Notes: generated from the sequence alone by a model not told the origin. 40,000 nt of DNA from an uncultured Candidatus Nitrosotenuis sp. (GCA_964616415.1 CAZTUP010000006.1:155129-195128); one strand, 5' to 3'; positions 24,011 through 33,797 are shown, counted from the first letter of the stretch. Numbers and translations are program-made.

Positions 24011-24289
24011 GTGGTAAAGATTCTAGTTGATGAGATGGATGATGGATGGGATGAAAAACTCAAAAGTCTTGGACATGATGCATATTCTGTAAAAAAACTA
24101 ATCACTGAAGGAAAAAAACTACACACTGATTATTCCGTGATAAACTATGCCAAAGAAAACGGCATGATCCTTATCACACGAGACACCGAAAGCGGTCAAG
24201 CATGCGCAGAGAATAATCTACCATGCATCCTGCTTGATAACAACGAAATTTTTAAAATCATAGTCGAAAAACTAAAGGCCTTCCAATAA
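24011..24289 (+). CDS. PIN-like (DUF5615/Mut7-C-like) small protein
   Basis: 92 aa with a GTG start. 'KILVDEM...LKSLGHDAYSV...DYSVINYAKENGMILITRDTE' resembles the remembered DUF5615 pattern 'kfLaDEn...L...GhDv..v...D..il..A..egRiLlT.D.d'. Confidence 0.45.
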   Translation: MVKILVDEMDDGWDEKLKSLGHDAYSVKKLITEGKKLHTDYSVINYAKENGMILITRDTESGQACAENNLPCILLDNNEIFKIIVEKLKAFQ

Positions 24290-24325
24290 CAAATTCCTTA
24301 TGAATACCCTAATTGGTATGATGTC

Positions 24326-24493
24326 ATGGGATTTTTAAAAAAATTAAAGGATACTGCGGAAAAAGGAATTGAGAAGGGCACCGAGCTTGGAAAACAAGGA
24401 ATTGAAAAAGGTGCAGAGCTTGGCACCAAAGCATATGATGCTGGAAAAGATGCAGCGGAAAAAGGCAGAGATAAAGCAAGAAAAGACAAATAG
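24326..24493 (+). CDS. Small Lys/Gly/Glu-rich repeat protein, 55 aa (not in the ORF track)
   Basis: Hand translation gives MGFLKKLKDTAEKGIEKGTELGKQGIEKGAELGTKAYDAGKDAAEKGRDKARKDK. The internal 'EKGxELG' repeats look more protein-like than the Ser/Pro/Phe-rich antisense track ORF 24298..24489. Confidence 0.45.
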   Translation: MGFLKKLKDTAEKGIEKGTELGKQGIEKGAELGTKAYDAGKDAAEKGRDKARKDK

Positions 24494-24523
24494 TGTTTTA
24501 TTGCACACTGACTAATTCATAAC

Positions 24524-24775
24524 ATGGAAAGCTGCGATAGACGAGTCCGCGCATATCGAAACGGTAAAACATTTGATCAGTGCAGACAAGTTGCGGAAGC
24601 ATTAAGTCCTGAATTCAAAAACCACATTGAACACAACGGCAAGATTCTCTGGACTGAAATTCTGGAAAAAGTAGATCATGACGAATTAATCTACAAACTC
24701 ACACTGAAGTATCTTAGACGAGATGGGTATGATATTGGAAACTGGACAATTCCTGAAGTAAAGAAATTTAGCTAG
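24524..24775 (+). CDS. Hypothetical small protein
   Basis: 83-aa ORF. No motif recognised. Confidence 0.45.
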   Translation: MESCDRRVRAYRNGKTFDQCRQVAEALSPEFKNHIEHNGKILWTEILEKVDHDELIYKLTLKYLRRDGYDIGNWTIPEVKKFS

Positions 24776-25568
24776 TCTTGCAACTCCAGCCACTTGCTTT
24801 GATCTTTTTTGCCATTATTACTGGTGTTACAACTAAAAGTGGTATGGAAATTGCAATCAATACTGTTTGTAGTTGAGTAGCTGCCAATGTGAATGCTACT
24901 GCACTTGATGCAGACACAAACAATGAAAGAAATGTCCCTGCACAGGTAGGACATGCAACAAATAACCCTGTTGCTGCAGCTACACTTCCAATTCCTGCGC
25001 CTTTGCGCAGTATGGAAAATGCATTTACTGCAATTGCGGCATTTAGACCGACCAAATATGATACCGTGATCTGTAAAATTAGATTAATTGGAATTATCTG
25101 CATTCCGACATGCTCTGTTATGTAAAAGATGAACTTTGGAACGTAGCCAATCTCGCCACAACATGGTGCAATCTGGGCTGATGGTACCTGGACGTTATAA
25201 TGATATGAAAATGTGACATCTGGCTGATACACCAAAATTCCGGATGTCAGAGCAAAAAATATTCCATATCCAATTGATGTGGCAACAAATACTCTGCGTG
25301 ACTTTGCATTCCATGTTACTTGGGCAATTATTGAGAATGAGTCGTTTTGGTTTTTTTCCACTTTGTGTTTGTGATATTGATAGAATCCATATGCTATTGC
25401 GCCTAATGCTAGCATCAACATTCCATAGAATGCAATACCTAATCGCTCAATTGACGATAACGCAGAAGGTGTTATTTCCGAATTCCCAAGTCTTGCATAG
25501 ATCAAGAACAAGATTGCAATTGAGACAAATCCGAGTGCTATTAACGCCCTACCATTCCTCTGAGTCAT
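24768..25568 (-). CDS. Polytopic membrane protein with conserved Cys motifs
   Basis: 266 aa with ~6 hydrophobic helices. It carries 'APCCGEIGY' and 'FVACPTCAGTF' motifs. Function unknown. Confidence 0.65.
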   Translation of the reverse strand: MTQRNGRALIALGFVSIAILFLIYARLGNSEITPSALSSIERLGIAFYGMLMLALGAIAYGFYQYHKHKVEKNQNDSFSIIAQVTWNAKSRRVFVATSIGYGIFFALTSGILVYQPDVTFSYHYNVQVPSAQIAPCCGEIGYVPKFIFYITEHVGMQIIPINLILQITVSYLVGLNAAIAVNAFSILRKGAGIGSVAAATGLFVACPTCAGTFLSLFVSASSAVAFTLAATQLQTVLIAISIPLLVVTPVIMAKKIKASGWSCKTS

Positions 25569-25644
25569 TTAGGCTTGGCTGTAATAATACCAGAATTAAA
25601 TCATGTCTTTAAAAAAATGAAAAAAGAAAACCTACTCACTGCAC

Positions 25645-25812
25645 CTATGCACAGCAGAGCGATTTTTTGAAGTCATCTACACTTCGTGAGAACTTGCATT
25701 CTTTGCAGACGTGCCAAGTTCTGACCTTTAAGATTTTCAGCGGGGTATCATACCCAACTGAGTACATTTTTCCGCCACATGCCGGACATGGTAGTGGTAT
25801 GTCTATTTTCAT
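25645..25812 (-). CDS. Small zinc-ribbon protein, 55 aa (not in the ORF track)
   Basis: Hand translation gives MKIDIPLPCPACGGKMYSVGYDTPLKILKVRTWHVCKECKFSRSVDDFKKSLCCA. It has CPxC...CxxC. It is preferred over the overlapping + strand track ORF 25667..25912. Confidence 0.45.
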   Translation of the reverse strand: MKIDIPLPCPACGGKMYSVGYDTPLKILKVRTWHVCKECKFSRSVDDFKKSLCCA

Positions 25813-25919
25813 TGATCACATCAACGAGTATTTTGCATTTAAGAGCCGCGTAGAACTGATAAGTTATCCATACGATCAAATGTATTCTTTAATAGAAACC
25901 AAATCCATATGAAAAATAA

Positions 25920-26351
25920 TTGAACATAAATCAAAAACAAGAGCCAGATTATTCCTCTGCAAAAATTACCCACGTTGGATTTATTGATCCGTATGCAATG
26001 GAGGGAATAATCATTTTACAGTCTGATGACAAAAAAGAGTTTCACATGAGGGCCTTTTCTGGAGAGGTGGCCCGTCACATCAAGTCATTTGTAGAAGGAA
26101 GACGTGACGCATTGCCGACCATATACAATATGATAGAAGAGATATGTGAGGAAAATGAGATGCTTCTAGTTAAGGTTAAGGTGTATGAGAGTGGAAGTGT
26201 TTTACGCGCAAACTTGTACTTTACTGGTAAAAAAGACACTGTGTTGAGAAATTATAGAGCGTCTGACGCAGTGGCACTTGCTGCATTTTACAATATTCCT
26301 ATTTTAGTTAGAAAAACACTGCTAAAAGATAAGGTAGAGCATCTAAGTTAG
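25920..26351 (+). CDS. Bifunctional nuclease (BFN/DUF151) domain protein
   Basis: 143 aa with a TTG start. 'FHMRAFSGEVARHI...ALPTIYNMIEEICEE...VKVYESGSVLRANLYF...RNYRASDAVALAAFYNIPILV' fits the DUF151 layout. Confidence 0.6.
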   Translation: MNINQKQEPDYSSAKITHVGFIDPYAMEGIIILQSDDKKEFHMRAFSGEVARHIKSFVEGRRDALPTIYNMIEEICEENEMLLVKVKVYESGSVLRANLYFTGKKDTVLRNYRASDAVALAAFYNIPILVRKTLLKDKVEHLS

Positions 26352-27440
26352 AATTTCTTCTAGCCTGCCTTCTTGATGAGCACGCTTGATTTCCATTGCA
26401 ATTCTTCTGCCCACGCCAAATGTTTCACCATATTGGTATTTTGTGTATGGTGATGTGGTTGCAACAATTGGGTTTCCTGGAACACGTAATGACACATCAT
26501 AGACGACTAGCTCTAATTCTTTGGTAATTACTGATTGTAGTGAAAATGGTCCAATGATTCCAGGTGGATAGATTTTTTTTACACCTGCAACGAATTTGTC
26601 GCCAATCTCAATTACTTTTTCCAATAATGATTCTCGTATACTTGCCGGTGTATGGCCAACCTCGATGTTTTGAGTGTCTATGTTAATGTCTAGTTGCTGT
26701 TTTGCTGGCAGCGCATTGAAATCATGTATGTTGGTCTGTAGTCTTCGTTCTATTCCAATAAAGTCAACTTGATCTGATATTGGTGTGTGGAAATAGTTGA
26801 AGTTCATGTATGTACCAATTACTAATTCCTCAATGCTTGCTTTTTTGAGATCTTGTGCATCAATGATGCCTTTTTTGATTTTATCTTGTGATTTTACTAG
26901 AAAGTCTTTGTATGATGATGCTGTGAAAAATGCTCTCTCTAGCTTGCGTTTTTTCTCTTGAACTTTAACAATGACAGGTCTGTCAATTTTTTTAGGATCT
27001 CGAAACAGCTTTGGGAATCTGATTTTTGATTTTTCTAGCAAATAATACTGGTTTTTGGCAAAACTGCGCTCTTCTGCCTGAAACAACGCTCTATTTCCAA
27101 ACATTGGAACCTTGAACTTGTTCTCTATGGTATCATATCCGAGATATGCCGTGAGTGCTCTATGTGGCACTATGATGGTGTTGGTTTCGATGAATAGTTT
27201 TTGCATCTTTGCAGATCCCATGTCTTTGAAGCTATCAACTACAATGATTTCATCTGCAATTCGCTTGAATCGTCTATATGGAATATCTCGTCCTTTTTGG
27301 CATATTACTACGGTTTGAATTCCCTCGTCTTTTGCTCCGTCCATTATCTCAAGGGCTGAATGACTGCCCAAAACTCCTATTCTAAAATCAGAATAGTTTT
27401 GAGCTATTTTGGCAATCTCTGATTTTTTAATCAATGACAT
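26343..27440 (-). CDS. purP: 5-formaminoimidazole-4-carboxamide ribonucleotide (FAICAR) synthetase, archaeal ATP-grasp
   Basis: 365 aa. 'IGVLGSHSALEIMDGAKDEGIQTVVI' is the characteristic PurP N-terminus. It lies in a purine gene neighbourhood. Confidence 0.85.
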   Translation of the reverse strand: MSLIKKSEIAKIAQNYSDFRIGVLGSHSALEIMDGAKDEGIQTVVICQKGRDIPYRRFKRIADEIIVVDSFKDMGSAKMQKLFIETNTIIVPHRALTAYLGYDTIENKFKVPMFGNRALFQAEERSFAKNQYYLLEKSKIRFPKLFRDPKKIDRPVIVKVQEKKRKLERAFFTASSYKDFLVKSQDKIKKGIIDAQDLKKASIEELVIGTYMNFNYFHTPISDQVDFIGIERRLQTNIHDFNALPAKQQLDINIDTQNIEVGHTPASIRESLLEKVIEIGDKFVAGVKKIYPPGIIGPFSLQSVITKELELVVYDVSLRVPGNPIVATTSPYTKYQYGETFGVGRRIAMEIKRAHQEGRLEEILT

Positions 27441-27566
27441 TCCACGAAATATTGGTAATATAATATCTCTATTGACTAGTGTTTTTCTAAATCGTTTTTC
27501 ATGATGTATTTTGATTAGTATGCAGTACAGAGTTTGTACATCACTAACTGATTCTAGTGTTAACTC

Positions 27567-28169
27567 ATGCTATCTTGGTTACAGCTTAAAATAATCAAAT
27601 TACCTCATATGATCGTGAAACTAGTAATTGGAATCACTGGAAGCACTGGGGTAATCTATGGTGTAAGGATTCTTGAAATTCTAAAGCAGTGCAAAATCCA
27701 AACACATCTGGTAATAACTGAATGGGCAAAAAAATGCCTCGCAATGGAGACTGATCACAAACTGGATTATCTCAAATCGCTTGCATCTGAATATTCAGAT
27801 GACTCCAATTTGGCCTCTGGTATTTCTTCTGGTACATACAAACATGATGGAATGATTGTAATTCCATGTTCGATGAAAACCCTTTCCAGTGTGGCAAACG
27901 GATATGATGAAACACTAGTAGCTAGGGCAGCAGGCGTCACACTAAAAGAATCACGCAAGCTGGTTTTAGTGACAAGAGAAACCCCACTTACAGCAATTAA
28001 TCTAGAAAACATGCTAAAATTGGCACGATTGGGGGTGATCATACTCCCACCAGTTCCGGGATTTTACACAAAACCAAAATCAATTGAACAAATCGTGGAC
28101 CACACTGTTGGCAAGTGTCTAGATCAATTCGACATCGAACATGATTTATACAAAAGATGGGGAACTTAG
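27567..28169 (+). CDS. ubiX: Flavin prenyltransferase UbiX
   Basis: 'KLVIGITGSTGVIYGVRILEIL' and 'IPCSMKTLSSVANG' are present. The likely true start is the ATG at 27609. Confidence 0.88.
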   Translation: MLSWLQLKIIKLPHMIVKLVIGITGSTGVIYGVRILEILKQCKIQTHLVITEWAKKCLAMETDHKLDYLKSLASEYSDDSNLASGISSGTYKHDGMIVIPCSMKTLSSVANGYDETLVARAAGVTLKESRKLVLVTRETPLTAINLENMLKLARLGVIILPPVPGFYTKPKSIEQIVDHTVGKCLDQFDIEHDLYKRWGT

Positions 28170-28175
28170 GATTTA

Positions 28176-28607
28176 TTGCCAAAGATTATCATACAAAAAA
28201 TAATCAGAGCAGATCGACAACATGTATTTGACATTGTGGCAAACTATGAAAATTTTCAAAATATTCTGCCAAAATATTTCCCGTCTATACGAGTAAGATC
28301 AGTGAGAGAAAACATCGCAATAGTGGAAGAACATCTCAGACTAGGAGAAAAAGAACTGGTCATGACTACAAAACATGTTACAAAATATCCAGAATCACAC
28401 GAAGTGTTTGTTTTGGGAGGTGATGCAAAGGGCTCTCGTATTTCAGAAACTTATGAAAAAGTGGAACAGGGAACCAAGATAACTGTAATTGCAGACATAA
28501 AACTAAACGGAGTGATGAAAGTTTTGGGTTTTTTTGCTAAATCTAAGATTCAATCCGAGTTTAGTAAAGTAATTGACGAATTTTGTATTATTGCAGAAAA
28601 GTCCTAG
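28176..28607 (+). CDS. SRPBCC (START/polyketide-cyclase-like) family protein
   Basis: 143 aa with a TTG start. 'IRADRQHVFDIVANYENFQNILPKYF' is typical of the family N-terminus. Confidence 0.55.
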   Translation: MPKIIIQKIIRADRQHVFDIVANYENFQNILPKYFPSIRVRSVRENIAIVEEHLRLGEKELVMTTKHVTKYPESHEVFVLGGDAKGSRISETYEKVEQGTKITVIADIKLNGVMKVLGFFAKSKIQSEFSKVIDEFCIIAEKS

Positions 28608-28798
28608 TCTTTTTTCTCTTTGAGGTCTTTGAGCTCTCTTTCTGACTCGATCTTGCCTTTTTCATATTCTCCGCGTGATTTACCTAGTGTTCTTGCCAGG
28701 TCTGGAATCTTTTTTGCACCAAAAATTATGATGCCTGCCGCTATTGCAATAAAAATCCATTCTTGACCTGCAATTAATCCCGCAATGTTTTGTAGCAT
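28604..28798 (-). CDS. tatA: Twin-arginine translocase TatA/E family protein
   Basis: 64 aa with a single TM followed by 'FGAKKIPDLARTLGKS'. It is adjacent to tatC. Confidence 0.85.
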   Translation of the reverse strand: MLQNIAGLIAGQEWIFIAIAAGIIIFGAKKIPDLARTLGKSRGEYEKGKIESERELKDLKEKKD

Positions 28799-28811
28799 TT
28801 ACTGTAAATTG

Positions 28812-29615
28812 TCAGTTCTCTGATTTAACTCTTTTAATTTTGTGCTCGCGTCTCTCGAGAATTATCATGCCTGCCAAGTATAATCCGATCATTGGCCCTG
28901 AGATGAACCACATGGTAACTCCGCTTCCGTCAGGTGTTACTGCGGCACCTATTATGATTAGAGCAACTATTGCATATCTAATATTATTTCGCCAGAACTT
29001 TACTCCGACTAAGCCGGACGCAGTTGCCGCATACATGATTAGTGGAAGCTGAAATGCAACACCGAACGCAAGCAAAAACTGCAAAACAAATGTAACAAAA
29101 TCCATTACATTCAGAAATGTGACTAGTCCTGCGGATTCGCCATATTGGTATAGAAAATCAAGCATGAATGGTATCACAGTAAAATATGAAAATACTACGC
29201 CTGAAACAAACAACACTATTGCAGGGATGGCGACTTTTTGTACAGAATGGACTTCTTTTTCAGATAGTGCTGGTGCGATGAACCTTGTTAACTCTCGAAC
29301 TATTATTGGCATTGATAGAACAATTCCAATTAATGCTGCGACATACACCTGAGCATAAAATGCCTGACCCGGTGCAGTTTGAATCAATTGGACATTTTCT
29401 GGAACTAAGCTTATTCTCATGTAGTTTGTAATCTGTGCTGCAAAGTTATGCATTGGATCTGGATATGGATAATACAACTTCGTTCCGTTATACCAAAATG
29501 ACTCTGCTCTAAATGAGAGCAAAAACACGATTATCACACCAATACATATGACTATTCTTGTAATTCGTGCACGAAGCTCAGATAGATGTGCAAAGATTCC
29601 GCCAAGCTCTGACAT
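28812..29615 (-). CDS. tatC: Twin-arginine translocase subunit TatC
   Basis: 267 aa with six TM segments and an N-terminal 'HLSELRARI'. Confidence 0.88.
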   Translation of the reverse strand: MSELGGIFAHLSELRARITRIVICIGVIIVFLLSFRAESFWYNGTKLYYPYPDPMHNFAAQITNYMRISLVPENVQLIQTAPGQAFYAQVYVAALIGIVLSMPIIVRELTRFIAPALSEKEVHSVQKVAIPAIVLFVSGVVFSYFTVIPFMLDFLYQYGESAGLVTFLNVMDFVTFVLQFLLAFGVAFQLPLIMYAATASGLVGVKFWRNNIRYAIVALIIIGAAVTPDGSGVTMWFISGPMIGLYLAGMIILERREHKIKRVKSEN

Positions 29616-29647
29616 TATACTACAATACCAACAAAACTCTATTTAGG

Positions 29648-30148
29648 TTACGACTGGTGATTGCCTGGAATTGGCAATAGTTTTGCATCTGCAAGACCTG
29701 ATTTCTTACGCTCTTCTTCAGTAATATCTGCAAATTCTATGGATATGACTGCGTTTAGCTTAAACTTGGATTCTAATTCCTTTGCTAGGCCGCCAATTTC
29801 TTTTCCCGAATAGATTTCTTTGGATCCTTCCAAAAATATTCTCTCGCCTTTTTCTTTTTGATCACCACCGAATTTGTCTTTAAGGAATTTCACTATTTCA
29901 TTTACTGTGTCCTTTTTGACATTATTGTGATACATCGTGATCCCCTTTACTTCCTCATAATCTCGAGGTGTTCCCTTTCTATACAGAAACACTCCGACAA
30001 ATATTGCGTCATCTTCTGGTTCTTTAATTCCCTTGATTTCCCAGTTTATGACTTTGTTTGGATCAAACTCCGCCTTTGAGATTTCATCTGACGTAATCTT
30101 CCAGTATCTGTGTCGGATACTCATTTCGCTTTGTGTCTGATAATGCAC
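29648..30148 (-). CDS. Hypothetical protein
   Basis: 166-aa ORF starting at GTG 30148 or ATG 30124. No motif recognised. Confidence 0.5.
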   Translation of the reverse strand: MHYQTQSEMSIRHRYWKITSDEISKAEFDPNKVINWEIKGIKEPEDDAIFVGVFLYRKGTPRDYEEVKGITMYHNNVKKDTVNEIVKFLKDKFGGDQKEKGERIFLEGSKEIYSGKEIGGLAKELESKFKLNAVISIEFADITEEERKKSGLADAKLLPIPGNHQS

Positions 30149-30202
30149 TATAAATTCAATACTGATTGAAGATTATATTACAGCAAAACCCAAAACGCAG
30201 TA

Positions 30203-30463
30203 ATGCCACTTTTTGAAGTCCAAGTAATAATCGAAAACAAGATGGGCATGAACGATCCAGAAGGCGAGACAATCCTCAATGATCTTGTTCTAAAAGGTAG
30301 TTTTAGATCAGTCAAAAAGGTGCGCTCTGCTAAAATGCTAAAATTTCAAATCACATCAAACACAAAGTCTTCAGCAGAGTCATCAGTCAAAAAACTCTGT
30401 GATGAATTACGAATCTACAACCCAATGGTCAGTAAGGTGACATTTTCTGCAAAACCAATCTAG
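30203..30463 (+). CDS. purS: Phosphoribosylformylglycinamidine synthase subunit PurS
   Basis: 86 aa with 'NDPEGETILNDL'. It lies directly upstream of purQ/purL. Confidence 0.85.
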   Translation: MPLFEVQVIIENKMGMNDPEGETILNDLVLKGSFRSVKKVRSAKMLKFQITSNTKSSAESSVKKLCDELRIYNPMVSKVTFSAKPI

Positions 30464-30876
30464 TCTGTTTTAATGGATTTTACAGTTTCATCAATTAACA
30501 ATCTGCTTCTAAGGTGTGCTGCAAGGTCTGTCTGAGTTATAACTCCTGCCAGTTTTTGGTTTTCCAGAACCACCAGTCTTCGAATTTTATTGTTTAGCAT
30601 TTTTTGAACAGCGTCCTCTATTGTGGTGGTTGGCTCTACCCATCGAAACTTGGGCGACATCACATCCTGTACTTTGGCCTCTGACGCACGTTTGTCATTT
30701 ACTGCTAATTTTCTGACATAGTCAGCCTCTGATATTATACCGACTGGGTTTTCACCTTCAGTTACAACCAGAAAAGAAATGTCTTTTTCTTGGAGTATTT
30801 TTGCTGCCTCAAGACAAGATGCATCTTTTGATATTGTGACGACATGTTTGTTCATTATGTCGCGGATATAGGCCAT
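30460..30876 (-). CDS. CBS-domain pair protein
   Basis: It has two CBS motifs ('IMNKHVVTISKDASCLEAAKILQEKDISFLVV', 'VMSPKFRWVEPTTTIEDAVQKMLNNKIRRLVV'). The start is trimmed to the ATG at 30876 because the track's 31011 start overlaps purQ. Confidence 0.75.
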   Translation of the reverse strand: MAYIRDIMNKHVVTISKDASCLEAAKILQEKDISFLVVTEGENPVGIISEADYVRKLAVNDKRASEAKVQDVMSPKFRWVEPTTTIEDAVQKMLNNKIRRLVVLENQKLAGVITQTDLAAHLRSRLLIDETVKSIKTD

Positions 30877-30954
30877 AACTGTGGATGAAAAAATTCTAGA
30901 TAAAAAACATTTGTAGCAATTTGGTTTAATAACGGCGCAAGATAAATTGGGATT

Positions 30955-31635
30955 GTGAGGGTCGGCGTAATCGTATTTCCGGGTAGTAACTGCGATCGCG
31001 ACATGTATCATGTCCTACGGGATGTCTTCAAATTGGACGTCCAATATTTCTGGCATGAAGACAAACTTCCAAAAAATTTGGATGCAGTAGTTTTGCCTGG
31101 TGGGTTCTCATATGGTGACAGATTGCGTGCAGGTGTTATTGCGGCACATAGTCCCGTTATCTCTGATATTAAAAAAATGGCAGAAAAAGGAATGCCAGTT
31201 TTAGGTGTGTGTAATGGATTTCAAATTTTGGTAGAATCTGGATTGTTGCCTGGAGTTTTGCTAAAAAACACTTCACTGAACTTTATGTGTCGTTGGACTG
31301 AACTCATAGTACAAAATAACCGCACACCATTTACATCAAAATTCAAGATAGGTCAGAAAATCCCAATACCAATTGCAAATGGCGAGGGGCGATATTATGT
31401 CGATAAACCAACATTGGACAAACTAAAGAAAAACAATCAGATTGTCTTTCAGTATGGTAGCAACATCAATGATTCTGTATTTGATATTGCAGGAATCTGC
31501 AACAAGGAAGGAAACGTTGTAGGCATGATGCCACACCCCGAGCGTGCAGTCGAACCTGAAATTAATCCTAAAGATTCTAAGCCATCTAACATGATATTCC
31601 AATCTCTAATTGCAACAATTGGTGCAAGAAAATGA
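30955..31635 (+). CDS. purQ: Phosphoribosylformylglycinamidine synthase, glutaminase subunit PurQ
   Basis: 226 aa with a GTG start. 'GVCNGFQIL' carries the nucleophile Cys and 'MMPHPER' the catalytic His. Confidence 0.92.
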   Translation: MRVGVIVFPGSNCDRDMYHVLRDVFKLDVQYFWHEDKLPKNLDAVVLPGGFSYGDRLRAGVIAAHSPVISDIKKMAEKGMPVLGVCNGFQILVESGLLPGVLLKNTSLNFMCRWTELIVQNNRTPFTSKFKIGQKIPIPIANGEGRYYVDKPTLDKLKKNNQIVFQYGSNINDSVFDIAGICNKEGNVVGMMPHPERAVEPEINPKDSKPSNMIFQSLIATIGARK

Positions 31636-33797
31636 GTCTTCAAAAGGAAGAACTTGAATATTTAGCAAAAAAAATCGGACGGCAGCCAAATGATACGGAG
31701 CAACACATAGTAGCTGCTGAATGGTCAGAGCACTGCTCCTACAAGTCGTCAAAAAAACACCTCAAAATGTTGCCAAACAAAGGTGTACGAGTAATTCACG
31801 AAAAGGGTTACGATTCTGGCGTGCTTGATGTTGGTGATGGATATGTCGTCACAGTGCACATCGAATCTCACAATCATCCATCAGCTGTTGAGCCGTATGG
31901 GGGTGCAGCAACTGGAGTTGGCGGCGTGATACGAGATATTTTGTCAGCTGGTACCAGACCAATTGCACTGTTGGATGGATTGCGATTTGGAGACATCCAA
32001 AAAGATTCTCATGCAAGATGGTTATTCAAAAATGCAGTAACTGGAATTGCAGACTATGGGAACTGTCTTGGCATACCGACAGTTGGCGGAGAGGTGGAAT
32101 TTGACAAGTGTTATTCTAATTATGCTCTAGTTGATGTCGCCTCAGTTGGATTTGGAAAAAAAGAGCGACTCATAAAAAATCAAGCAAGGGCAGGCGATGT
32201 TGTCGTGTTGATGGGCGGCTCCACAGGTCGCGATGGAATTGGAGGTGCACAATTTGCATCTGATTCTTTAGAAACCGAAGATCGTTCTGCAGTGCAAATC
32301 CCGGATCCATTCATTGAAAAATTAATCATCGAAGCAACACTTGAGGCACGAAATCAGGGCTTGATTAAAGCAATCAAGGATTTGGGCGGAGGTGGACTGT
32401 CATGTGCAATATCTGAGACTGCTGACGCACTAGGTGTTGGAATTGAACTTGACATCAAAAAAGTACACACCAGAGAGCCTGACATGAAGCCCTCAGAAAT
32501 CATGACTTCTGAGTCGCAAGAAAGAATGCTAGTCATAACTGACAAAAAACGCCTGACCAAATTACAACAAATCTGCAAAAAATTCCGAGTCAGCTGCTCT
32601 GTAATTGGAATTGTGACTGGAGACAAAATCATGAAAGTAACTGATGGAAAATCTGTTTTGGCATCAATGCCTGCAGAAGTTGTTGCAAATGCACAACTCC
32701 TTGATAGGCCATCAAAAGAGCCAAAATACCTAAAAGAACTACAAAAAAGAAAAGAACCGACCTCATCAAAAGACTTGTCCAAAACAATTCTGAATTTATT
32801 ATCCAGTCCAAACATTGCAAGCAAAATCTGGGTGTATGGGCAATATGATCACGAAGTTGGCATTAGAACTGTGGTAAAGCCAGGATCCGATGCTGCCGTA
32901 CTGAGACTGGACAATGGAAAATACCTCTCAGTCAAAATTGATGGTAATCCAAAACATTGTTACTTGGATCCAAAGCATGGCGCGATGGGTTGTTTTGAAG
33001 AGGCATGCAGAAATGTTGTCTGTACTGGCGCCACTCCAATTGGAATGGTTGATCATTTGCAATTTGGTAATCCAGAAAACCCTGAAATCTTTTGGACATT
33101 TTTAGAATCTCTCAAGGGCATAACTGAATTTTGCAAGTTCTTTGAGATTCCATGTGTTGGTGGCAAGGTTAGCTTGTATAATGAAACGCCACAAGGACCA
33201 ATCAAACCAACTCCACTGATTGGAGTCTTGGGACTAATTGACAAAAACCCACTCAAACCACAAAAAATTGAATCAGGCGATGCCTTGATTCTAGTTGGCA
33301 CAACAAAAGACGAGCTTGGAGGTTCTGAATACTATGAATACGTACATGATTTCATCGGAGGACATGCACCAAAAATCAATCTCAATGAATCAAAGAAAAA
33401 CATGCATGCCGTACTATCTATAATACAAAAACAAAAAGTTAGAGCAGCTCATGACTGTTCTAAAGGCGGACTAGCCGTTGCAATATCTGAATTATCGATT
33501 ACTAGCAATATTGGATGCATGGTAAATCTTGAAAAAGTCCCACAAGAAAAACTAGATTCTGCAAAACTGCTTTTCTCTGAGAGTCATTCCAGATATCTCT
33601 TGGTTGTGGAAAAATCAAAACTAGATTCAGTACTGTCTGATCTAAAAAAGAGCAAAACTGTTCACTCTCATATTGGTATATTCCAAGGAAATGAAATCAT
33701 ATTTTTCAACAAGAAAAAACCAATTGCCAAACTAAGGGTTGATAAGGCACATGAAAAGTGGTTTAATTCACTGAGGGATCTGGTGCTTCATGGTTAA
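31632..33797 (+). CDS. purL: Phosphoribosylformylglycinamidine synthase subunit PurL
   Basis: 721 aa with 'ESHNHPSAVEPYGGAATGVGGVIRD'. It overlaps purQ by 4 nt. Confidence 0.95.
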   Translation: MSLQKEELEYLAKKIGRQPNDTEQHIVAAEWSEHCSYKSSKKHLKMLPNKGVRVIHEKGYDSGVLDVGDGYVVTVHIESHNHPSAVEPYGGAATGVGGVIRDILSAGTRPIALLDGLRFGDIQKDSHARWLFKNAVTGIADYGNCLGIPTVGGEVEFDKCYSNYALVDVASVGFGKKERLIKNQARAGDVVVLMGGSTGRDGIGGAQFASDSLETEDRSAVQIPDPFIEKLIIEATLEARNQGLIKAIKDLGGGGLSCAISETADALGVGIELDIKKVHTREPDMKPSEIMTSESQERMLVITDKKRLTKLQQICKKFRVSCSVIGIVTGDKIMKVTDGKSVLASMPAEVVANAQLLDRPSKEPKYLKELQKRKEPTSSKDLSKTILNLLSSPNIASKIWVYGQYDHEVGIRTVVKPGSDAAVLRLDNGKYLSVKIDGNPKHCYLDPKHGAMGCFEEACRNVVCTGATPIGMVDHLQFGNPENPEIFWTFLESLKGITEFCKFFEIPCVGGKVSLYNETPQGPIKPTPLIGVLGLIDKNPLKPQKIESGDALILVGTTKDELGGSEYYEYVHDFIGGHAPKINLNESKKNMHAVLSIIQKQKVRAAHDCSKGGLAVAISELSITSNIGCMVNLEKVPQEKLDSAKLLFSESHSRYLLVVEKSKLDSVLSDLKKSKTVHSHIGIFQGNEIIFFNKKKPIAKLRVDKAHEKWFNSLRDLVLHG

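Noticed and set aside
25667-25912. Plus-strand 81-aa track ORF
   Set aside because: The start is non-ATG and the sequence is featureless. The minus strand encodes a compact CPxC...CxxC zinc-ribbon protein (25645..25812), which explains the open frame better. Neither is proven.
30877-31011. N-terminal 45-aa extension of the CBS-domain ORF
   Set aside because: It would overlap the purQ start by 57 nt on the opposite strand and adds a Cys-rich leader not typical of CBS-pair proteins. The internal ATG at 30876 gives a standard ~138-aa CBS pair.
32354-33301. Antisense ORFs within purL (32354..32824, 32629..32820, 33053..33301), and similar ones in purF, tatC, purP and the PQQ dehydrogenase gene
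   Set aside because: All lie within confidently identified enzymes and lack motifs. They are typical shadow ORFs.
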